Shown here: in pieces, positions 53,523 to 64,000 of the stretch
How the letters are laid out: the number at the start of each line of letters is the position of its first letter
How positions within the stretch are numbered: the stretch's first letter is position 1
Source: Octopus sinensis
Taxonomy: Eukaryota
Reading direction: 5' to 3'
NCBI RefSeq assembly: GCF_006345805.1
Contig: NC_043004.1
Location: 33,294,001 to 33,358,000 of the forward strand
DNA length: 64,000 nucleotides
The notes under the pieces: generated by a model
The model's database searches: none
What the model saw: only the letters and a program-made list of their open reading frames with translations
What the model was told of the DNA's origin: nothing
Program-made: the position numbers and the translations under genes

Positions 53523-53920
53523 TGATAGAAATTGTAAGGCAACAAAAGAATTTATCTGTAAATATATGTGGCAATTATTCGGTAGCCATGTTAAAAATGT
53601 TCGTAGTATTCACGTAAGCAAGCATGGGTGTGCAGGTGTGCATGTGTAGGTATGAACATGCGCGCTTATGCGAATACTATGAACATTTTTACTCCCTTAC
53701 CTTTACTCCCTCTCCTCACTTAGCGGTCATTCTGATAGCTCTTTTGTCTTAATAACGGTCAATCACACAGTAATTTCCCTTTGTTTAACGGTCATTTTCA
53801 TATCATTTTTTTGATGGCCTGATAACTGAAGAGATAGTGGCGTGGCTTTTTGCCCCGACATCCGAAACTCGGAATTTATTATCATGGCTGCTGTATAATT
53901 GTCACATATTACATTTACAG
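52937..53920. repeat. Tandem duplication, 492-bp period, apparently identical copies
   Basis: cattgatagaaattg at 53028 and 53520; I saw no differences by eye. Confidence 0.95.
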
Positions 53921-53939
53921 ATATATATATATATATTTT

Positions 53940-54120
53940 TTTTTACTTGTTTCAGTCAGTTGACTGTGGCTATGCTGGAGCACCGCCTTTAGTCGAGCAA
54001 CTCGACCCTGGGACTTATTCTATCGGTCTCTTTTACTGAACCACTAAGTGACGGGGACATAAACACACCACCATCAGTTGTCAAGCAATGCTAGGGGGAC
54101 AAACACAGACACACAAACAT

Positions 54121-54151
<31 letters not shown>

Positions 54152-54325
54152 CATATATACGACGGGCTTCTTTCAGTTTCCGTCTACCAAATCCACTCAC
54201 AAGGCTTTGGTTGACCCGAGGCTATAGTAGAAGACACTAGCCCAAGGTGCCACGCAGTGGGACTGAACCCGGAACCATGTGGTTGGTAAGCAAGCTACTT
54301 ACCACACAGCCTCTCCTGTGCCTAT
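53940..54325 (-). mobile_element. Full-length family A SINE
   Basis: Reverse complement of family A. Confidence 0.88.
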
Positions 54326-55564
54326 ATATATATATATTATATATATATATATAATATATATATATATAACTTATAAATAAGGGCAAAAGATAAAAATTCC
54401 TATGCTCAATATGCTGAGAAGTAGACTTTAAATCATCAATAACCACATACAATTCATCACTAAAAGCATACATCTCGAAGCAAGCTGATAGAAATTTCTA
54501 AAAATTCTGTTATTACCAAATTGGTCCGATTTCTGAGTTGATGCATAAAGAATTTTCTCGTGTGCTTTTAGTAATGAATTATATGTGGTCATTGACAATT
54601 TAAAGTCTATTTCTCTGCATATTTGGCATAGGAATTTGTTTTTCTTTTGCCATTATTTATAAGCTGTTTATAATTTTTGCCTTAAAAGGTATTTTTTAAT
54701 ATGATGGCCACTGATAAATTTTTTTGAAAATTTTATCCTATATTATATATATATATATACATTTATATATATATATAGGTATATGTATAGCAATAAATAT
54801 GTGTATGATGCTTGAGTATGAATGTGTGTATAATATTCGTGAATGCTTATAACCATCAATGATAATGTACATAATAAAAGCAAGCAAAACCAGAATAACT
54901 CTTTAAGAACAAAACCTTTTGAAATAATATTTCCAAACCAAAAGTGATATCCTCCATTACAAATCTTACCATCGTAAAATATAGAGAGGCAGTGTTAGGT
55001 TCACTGGAAGCCTGTAACCATTAGGGACAAGTGTTTAGAGAGTGTGGTTTAAAATAAGTTGAAGGTAAAAACAGATCACTTGCGTCTATAGATTAAGATT
55101 CTAATGATAAGGTGAAAAAGAAAGATTATGCAATGCCTCACGTGGAGACACAGGAACATGAAGCCAAACTAGAATATGATGTTTAGTCAATTATTTTGGT
55201 TATTACAGTTTGAATCTTTTAAAACCTAGTTAGTAAAGTATCTCAAGTCAAAATTTATGTCTGCTCTATGAATTTGTAATAGAAGAATGTAATTCATTTA
55301 ATGTCAGACGTATTGTACTTACATCAGTGTAATAAATATATAAGATGCACAGAGCACATCACATACATTTACAGACACAACAAAAAGGAAGTGTGCAGGG
55401 TAAGATTAATGTGGATTTTAGATGGATTTAAGATCTGAAGTCGACATAAGTGACTTGGCTTAATGCTTTCAAATTGACCAGACTTAACTTCTTAATAAGT
55501 TTCAAAGCATGTAATGAAGTCAATTTTTTTTATGGCTTAAGTAGTTGAATATACATATAGATAC

Positions 55565-56110
<546 letters not shown>

Positions 56111-56258
56111 TATATATTATATGTACGTATTGTTTGTAGTCGTGTACAAGTTTTATATATCAACAGACGAAAGCCGTCAGGATTTGGATAATTATTTTAG
56201 TGCTTCCAGCCACTTCAAGGTTTCATCATGAATTGTAACTTGTTGAAAATGTATTTCC

Positions 56259-56308
<50 letters not shown>

Positions 56309-56844
56309 AGTATGTTGAAAAGATCAAGAGTTTGATTTGTGTTCTTGGGTTTTGGAAAAGAATATTTTAGGAATGGTTATCTGAGATGTTCTTCGCCAAT
56401 TTGAATCTGTTAATGTGTGTATATGTGTGTGTGGTGAGTTTTTAAACAAAGCATATATGAGAGATTTTTGGAGAAGAAAAAATGAAAAAAATAAATAAAT
56501 AAAGTGTTGTTTTCTGGGATGGTTGATTTGATGACAGGTCAGAAGAGGTCAAACTTTTCATCAATTACAACAAATTGTTGCTTTTAGTGATTGAATAGCT
56601 GACAGGGTTTTTCCCTAACTTTAGTATTTTCACCAAATTGTTTGGGAAGGTTTTTAAATACATGTGTGTGTGTGTGAGTATGTATGTGTGTATGTGTGTG
56701 TTGATTGCTTAAGATTTAATTTTTCCAATCCTTTTTGTAACAGCAGTATGAACATCATTAATACTATCCTGTGATTATTTGGTTTGGTTCATCTGGAAAA
56801 ATGATTTTTTTAATAAAAATTTCCCATCTTTTTCATAAATATAC

Positions 56845-57930
56845 TTTTTACACATTTAGTTTTGGTGAAAACCTCTTTATAAAATGTATTTCCATTTCTT
56901 TCTGGTATTTGGCTCATCCTCCAGGCATTTATAGGAAGGAAAAATCTTGAATCTGATGTTTTCATGTATTTCTAGATGTTTGTTCAGTGAGATTTTACAT
57001 AATTTCACTTGTTTAACATGTTGTCTATGAATTCTAGCAGATTGACAAAAGGAGTTTCCAGTCCCACTGATATAATTCTCTTTGGAATTGGTGTAGATTA
57101 AGCAGTATATTAGCTTCTGTGTTTTACAGACCATGTTTGTGTTTATTGGGGAAGCAAGAATCCACTTTTTTTTTAAAGAATTTTATATAAGAACCAGTAT
57201 CCAAATATCTGAAATTGTTATTGTTACTGAATATTCCACATATATTGCTCCTGTGCAGATGGCATGTAAAAAGTACCATTTGAGTGTGGTTGATGCCAGT
57301 ACCGCCAGACTAGCTCTCATGCCGGTGGCATGTAAGAGCACCCACTACACTCTCAGAGTGGTTGGCATTAGGTAGGGCATCCAGCTGTAGAAACTTTGTC
57401 AGATCAGATTGGAGACTGGTGCAGACTTATGGCTCGCCAGCCCTCAGTCAAACCGTCCAACCCATGCCAGCATGGAAAGCTGAAGATAAACGATGATGAT
57501 GATTGTCTCTACAGTCATTCACAGAGAATTCAGAATTATCCCTTGATGGGAATTCTGCCCCTGTGAGATGTTTCCTAATTGTTTTTTTTTTTATTGATTT
57601 GAGATTTTGAAAATGTGTCACTAAGATTTGTTTTTATAGCATGGAATATGTTGATCATCCCTGGATTGTGTGCATTGACAAATGAAAGAGGATTTTCCTC
57701 AACTTTTCTCCTCGGCATCTTCAGTTCTACAACGTCTCATTTCATTGCTTTTATAATCCCATTGTTTATTAATTTCAAGGGGTGGTTTTGGGGTTGTAGG
57801 AAGCCTTGAATTTCATTAAACTGAATTTGTCATGATTTAGGGTTCACCACTCTTGCAGAAATACATCTTGTCATAATTCTACAGAATGTTTTGTTTGATA
57901 TGTGAAGGATGGCAAGAGTTAAATTTCAAA
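56845..57930 (-). pseudogene. Penelope-like element remnant (RT thumb, linker, GIY-YIG endonuclease), split by a family B insertion
   Basis: HPLKLINNGIIKAMK...LSFVNAHNPG; CKTQKLIYCL...NYISGTG...RIHRQHV...FKIFPSYKC; frameshifted end EMEIHFIKRFSPKLNV*. Confidence 0.8.
57245..57505 (+). mobile_element. Family B element nested in the Penelope remnant
   Basis: Conserved 3' end and (GAT)n tail. Confidence 0.85.
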
Positions 57931-58461
57931 AAATTAGTGTGTGTCTTTTTGTAGAATCTATCGGTCATTACTCTGCAGTCATGTAGGGATGTCTACAAGG
58001 TTGTCGCATGACTTTTAGAGGACCCCTGCAACTTTTTCTTTCGAGGCCCCATCTCTTCAATCAAAATTCATAATCTACGCACCTTTATTATCTGCAAAAA
58101 TAGAGTCCCTTACAGCTTGTTGAATTTTTGAATCATCACAGCAGACTCTGCTGTGATGGTTCTAAAATAAAACATAAAAAAACTAACGGTATATCTTTTT
58201 TTCTACCTCTCTGTACATAGATAGATACACACTCACAAACTTCTGTGTGTGTGCTTTCATGCCTTGTTTTTGGTACAGAAAGAATCTTGTCTCCAGTTTT
58301 TAGTGCCTTAGGAGGTCAAAGGCCACTGTTCTGGGTACATAGTGACCGGCTTTTCAGCAACATCGAATAACAACACCAAACATACACACACACACACACA
58401 TATATATATGTATGTATATATATGAAAGAAGGTTTGAAAATGCAATTTTAAAAGATGTTTA

Positions 58462-58509
58462 TTCACTTGACCGGTTTCACCTTTTTAGAAAAAGATTGTC
58501 AAAAGTAAA
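58462..58509 (-). ncRNA. Minimal hammerhead-like motif with U3-A8 covariation
   Basis: tttactt-TTGACAA-tctttttctaaaaaggt-GAAA-ccgg-TC-aagtgaa: 7-bp helix I, helix II with a terminal U-U mismatch. Confidence 0.5.
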
Positions 58510-58689
58510 ATGTAAAGCTTTGTATAAGCTTTGTTGTGTTAAATACTGGTTGTCACAAAAATATTAAAATACATATATACATTCTATGATAATAATAAGA
58601 AAATGTAAAAAACACTTTACAAGAAAGTATTTAAGAAAGTATTCAGTGAAAAGTATTAGGAGTTCAATAAAAATCATGTTTGTTTGGTA

Positions 58690-58739
<50 letters not shown>

Positions 58740-58907
58740 GTATATACACACAGAAGGAGATATATTTAAAAATTTACAACAAATTGGAGAGGAACCGACC
58801 TGTCTTTTTGACATTTTTTCTGTCTTTCATTGTTTATATATTTAACTTGTTTGTCTACGTATTTCCTGTTGTTTACACAGTTGATGACGTCCTGTACCCA
58901 TATATGC

Positions 58908-58939
<32 letters not shown>

Positions 58940-58999
58940 TATATATACATACACATATATAATTGCTGTAATATATGTTCATTTTAAAACGAGGTAAAA

Positions 59000-59900
59000 A
59001 AAGTTTTGACTTTGTACTCGATGTATCGATCATACATTGGGCAACAAAAATCATATTTCCCACACGTATGACAAAACCCTTTGAAATTCTGTCTTCCATG
59101 AATGCCATACTTAACTGACACTGAAAGACTAATTTCTTGTAACCACATAACTTTCAAAGCTTCCAATCATTTCCAATCCTTGACAGTTATTTGTTTGCTT
59201 CCTGGTCACAGCTGTTAGATGTTTATACCACCTTCTCCACACATTAAATCTCTAAGCTCATTAATATTTATAATGTTTTCATTCATTACTAATTACCTTA
59301 CTTTCTCCATGATTAACCTTACTAAATCCATTCTGTCTTTCCAATCAATTTTAGTAAAACTTTTTACTTAACACATGTCTGTCCATTACTCAAAGATTCT
59401 TTGTACTCTAATAACCTAAAACCATCTTTAAAATATCTCATGTCATGTCTGTGACACAAACTGATGGGCATACCCATTTTGATCGACCATCATGTGCTAA
59501 GTTTGCTAAATTAATCTATCTTACTAATACCTTTTTTCTCTACAATCTATCTTATTTAGTTTCAATAATTTATACTCATTAAGCAGAAAGTTCACTATGT
59601 CTGGACATTAATATCCTTCAGCTTCTTTTTAATTTACCTCAACCAATGTTACTTCAATGTAAAATAAAACTCTCTTGCTCATTTGCAGTTGCTTAATTCT
59701 TCATTTTTGATGTCGTACACATTAACTTCTAACTCATTATTAACCACCTTTCTACACATATTTCTCGAAACTGGTTTATTCTCTTATTCAGCATATTACA
59801 GTTTCTTTAACTTTATTCTTCCTACCACTGTACACGCTGGCTTCTATATTTCCTTTGATCTCTCACTGCACTTTGTACTTTTGTCCACTTCTGTAAGTTC
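59000..59900 (-). pseudogene. Heavily decayed retroelement ORF, possible gag zinc knuckle
   Basis: Purine-rich minus strand; QNFKGFCHTCGKY resembles the first half of a CCHC knuckle. Confidence 0.3.
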
Positions 59901-60077
59901 GCAATAGCTTTACAGGCAAGAATTTTATGTAAGGCTGCTTAAATACCTGAATTTTTTACCTGTGTTTGTGCATGCTTATCTGCATATTATAGCATATGGG
60001 GATTATTGTGTGTGTATAAATGTGTGGGAATGTATGTGCATTTGTGTGTTGTGCACCACCCAGGCACAGACACCTTG

Positions 60078-60116
<39 letters not shown>

Positions 60117-60247
60117 TATATATAAAATCATTTGATTTATATGGATAATACCATATATATAATCCTTTGATTATATGGATAATACCATAGCAAATTCTGG
60201 TGCCTTTAACTTAAGTACCATATTCATCTGAATCTAAATTTTTGCTG

Positions 60248-60289
<42 letters not shown>

Positions 60290-60999
60290 CAATATGTATG
60301 ATATGTATGTATATATGTACATATATGAGTGTGTGTGTGTGTATTTAAATTATTTTAATGACTGTTTAAAGTTTGATTGGGTGTAGGACTTAATTAAGTT
60401 ATATGCAAGTTGGAAAAGTCATATACCTGGAAAAACTTTTAATTCACTGTCAATAGAATTACTGGGCAATAAAATGTTTCCTATTTTTGTACCTGGGCAT
60501 TTAGTGTTTATTTTTTTTTATTGCTTGTGTCTAAAATGTATGTAATGGCTTCTATTGTCTTCAAACTTTGCTTTTATAACCTTGGTAACGATTCTTTGAA
60601 ATTTATCTATTTTACAGAACACTCCAGATAGATTTAGTGGTGAGTTGCTGAAAGGGAGTTTTCATGACCTTTCAAGAATTCTCATGAATGTTGTAGAAAC
60701 TTCTAGAACTTTCCAGTAAATTAAGTAGTTATTTATATACTTCGCCATGATAGATCACTAGCTACTACACATTCTTTATTTTCTTTCCTTGTTTCTTTCT
60801 GTGGAAGAGCGTAGTCTCGAAACCTTAAAGACTTTTTCACTTCCCAAGCTTTATACTAATACATCTGTTTGTTGTCTACACCACCTGTCTTCGTCTTTTG
60901 TTTCTTTGTGAATTCTCCCCCTATATATATATATATATATATATCGCATCGTTTCGTTTCTTTCCTCCAAGTAAGTTTTTATATATATGTATATATACT

Positions 61000-61150
61000 C
61001 ACAGAGTGGTTGGTGTTAGGAAGGGCATCCAGCTGTAGAAACACTGGCAGATCAGACTGGGCCTGGTGCAGCCTCCTGGCTTCTCAGACCCCAGTCGAAC
61101 CGTCCAACCCATGCTAGCATGGAAAGCGGACGTTAAACGATGATGATGAT
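61000..61150 (+). mobile_element. Young family B 3' end
   Basis: Conserved 3' end with CpGs intact. Confidence 0.88.
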
Positions 61151-61654
61151 ATATATATATATTCATATACACACAAACAAGCATGCATTCACATACCCAT
61201 ATATATATATCTACAAAGACAGACATGTGTACATATATATAGATGAGAACATTGTTACAACAAAACAGCAATGATAATATTAAAAAGCTATAAAAAGAAA
61301 ATTGTAACAAAATATTAATTTTCTATTTGTCATTTAAATGCTTAAGGGGTTTCTGTATGTATATGTATGTGTGTGTGTGTGTGTGGGTGTGTAGAAAGTG
61401 ATGGAGAGAGGGAGTATGTGACTGACAGATAAACAGATTGATAGATAGATAAATAGATAGTGAAACATTTTAATGTGAATGGCAAATGAATTAATAAGAA
61501 GAAAGAAAAATTGAAATGAATTATTAATAAGAATAGCAAAACAGATGCTGTTTCTGTGATGTCATATGTTTAGTTGTTGAGCAGAGATAGAAACATATTT
61601 AGAATTATCATATCGAATGTATATGTGAGTGTATATGTGACATATATCCATACA

Positions 61655-61712
<58 letters not shown>

Positions 61713-62726
61713 GTGTCCATATATATATATATATATATGGACACACACACGTAAAATGAATGTATTGTGTATAGTACTGTAATAAACAAGCTTTTGAGGA
61801 TGTATAATTCTCCTTTCTTATTGATAATATCTTGACTATAAACCCTGTTTGCTGCGTAAAATCCAAAGAAGCTGATTCAGGATTTACCTGTTGAGTGAAA
61901 TACCAGGTAATTACTTACCTTAAGAGCAATTTCTCATTGTTCCATATCATTTGATGTGGTAATCAAAGTACATATTTCTTTGCATCACACACACATACAC
62001 ACACACACACACATACACACACACACACACACACTATAAAATTTACCCCAGAAGGCAATTTTATTTAAATATTTTATGTTACAACAGTTAAAGTAACTTT
62101 GAATGTTTATCAAATTGCAACAAGTTTGTGTATCTAATAAAGAATTTATGAAACATACGAAATTCTGAAATAACAAACAGAAATGGGAGTATGCTGTATG
62201 TCTGGGAAATAATTACAACAATGCCAAATGAAAAGTGATGCCTCTGTACAAAACTTTTGATATTTAATCTTCTCTTGACATAAAATTCTTCATCTTTTGT
62301 TTTTATATTCAACTGACTTCCACCATCACAGAGCATCAATGTGTTCTGGGGAAATATAAAGTTTTCTACTGGATTTCAGGAACGATTGATTATATTTATA
62401 AATTGCTTTTCTAATAGTATGTTCAACTGTTTGTTAGTATCAACCAAGCTTTTCAAATACAAAAAAAAAGAAAAAAAATGTTGTGAAATACCCTCCTCCT
62501 CCTGTCTTTGTTCTTGCTTTTGTTGTTCTTGTTCTTGTTTTTTTGTCCATCCTCATCCTTCTCCTTCTCTTCCCCTTGTCCTTCTCCTCCCCTTCTCCTT
62601 CTCTTCCCCTTCTCCTTCTCACCCCCTTGTCCTTCTCCTCCCTCTTCTCCTTCTCCTTCTTCTCACCATCCTCTTGCTTCCTCTTCTGTTGACTTAGTTT
62701 ACCATTAGGCTTTTGCATTATCAAAG

Positions 62727-62773
<47 letters not shown>

Positions 62774-62780
62774 CAATATT

Positions 62781-63395
62781 TTAACCCAATTGTCATCAAT
62801 CCATGTGAGACTCATCCTGCATCTATAATACAAAACCCTCATTTTAAAGTTATCTAAAAACTTTCCATCAAAATTTCATGTTAATTTATGTTCCAAGTGT
62901 CAGCTTAATAATACAACAGAGTCATTTTACTAAAGTCTTCATTACTTTCAAAATAAATTGAAACAAAGACGGTGTATTTCAGCAGAAATATGGTAAATGA
63001 AACAGTTAACGGGGTCAAAATGAAAACCTTCCATCAAAATTTCATGTTAATTTGTGTTTCAAATACCAGCTTAATAATGACAGAATTATGTTATTAAATC
63101 TCTCTATATATAAAGCTGAAGTTGTCTGTGTATGGCAGGTTTGGTAGCCTATGTTAACACCAAAAATTATTTACATCAAAAAGGTTAATTTTTTTATATG
63201 AAAATCCCTATTTTTTACGATTTTTTTACTGCTGCATCGCCATTTTTCGAATGCAAAATTTTTACTTTTCAAAAATTCCAATTCTAAAGGGTTGAAATAA
63301 ACCTGAGCAACGCCAGGTGTTATTGCTAGTTCTTCATTATTTTTAGAATTAAGTAAGGTATATCAACTGAAATATGGTAACAAAAGGACTAAATG
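62781..63395. mobile_element. AT-rich repeat, two tandem units beginning TTAACCC (possibly a piggyBac-type MITE), with a Helitron inside
   Basis: ccatcaaaatttcatgttaattt repeated at ~62865 and ~63030; unit 2 resumes after 63329. Confidence 0.55.
63099..63329 (+). mobile_element. Short non-autonomous Helitron
   Basis: A|TCTCTCTATATATAAAG start; cctgagcaacgccagg hairpin then CTAG|T; inserted at an AT with no TSD. Confidence 0.88.
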
Positions 63396-64000
63396 TCTTA
63401 GCATCATAATTTCTATACGCTATGAGTCTAGGTTCCAAGTGAAATTCAAAATGGTTTCCTCCAGGGTGGAATTAACTAAGTTTTTAAATAATAATATACA
63501 TACACATCAAAATTAGTTCAATAAATTTTTCTAGTCTCATATTGGAAATTGTAAAAATTTGAATAGTAATAGCAATGGGAATTCACAAGATTTTTTTTTC
63601 AAATTCTTGGAACATTTTCAAATAGCTATTTGATGTTTCTGAATATTCAAGCAGAATGTTTTTGTTGCATTAATGTTTTAAACATTGTATTTTTGATTAA
63701 ACATATCATGTATGATATGGTTGCAAAGGTATGGATTTAATTTAAATTTGTTGCTGTTTTTGATGACAGAACGACTTGTTAAAAAAAATCAAGGAATTCC
63801 GAGAAAATCAATTTCCTGATTAAAATATCAACCTTGAATTACATCACAAAAATATTGGTAAATTTTGCATCAATTGAAAACAGGCCAGATTTGTTTCAGC
63901 TTCCTCTGGAATAAGACAATAATATAACATAACCAATTTGGAAGGACTAAAAAAAACACTATAAAACATTTGTATCAAAGAACCCCAGGAAACTTACCTT

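Overview
AT-rich, microsatellite-dense eukaryotic DNA. The SINE families resemble those I know from Octopus (coleoid cephalopod); this is an inference, not a database match. No protein-coding gene can be identified with confidence. Nearly all ORFs in the supplied track are microsatellite translations or retroelement debris, and a few unannotated exon-like segments suggest the window could be intronic to a minus-strand gene. Recognisable content: several tRNA-derived SINE families; RTE, CR1/L2, R4/Dong-type (restriction-like endonuclease) and Penelope (GIY-YIG) retroelement remnants; two copies of an internally deleted mariner; several non-autonomous Helitrons; long inverted repeats; local duplications; a ~0.5 kb CCG tract. 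The most unusual signal is a set of minimal, Penelope-type hammerhead-ribozyme-like motifs. They show different Watson-Crick combinations at the 3-8 tertiary pair: C-G, A-U, U-A and a decayed G-C. One lies in the tail of a tRNA-headed SINE inserted as an inverted pair with a single 11-bp target-site duplication, a candidate Penelope-mobilised SINE. Repeat boundaries are approximate (tens of bp) unless termini or TSDs are quoted. Family letters A-E are my own labels.
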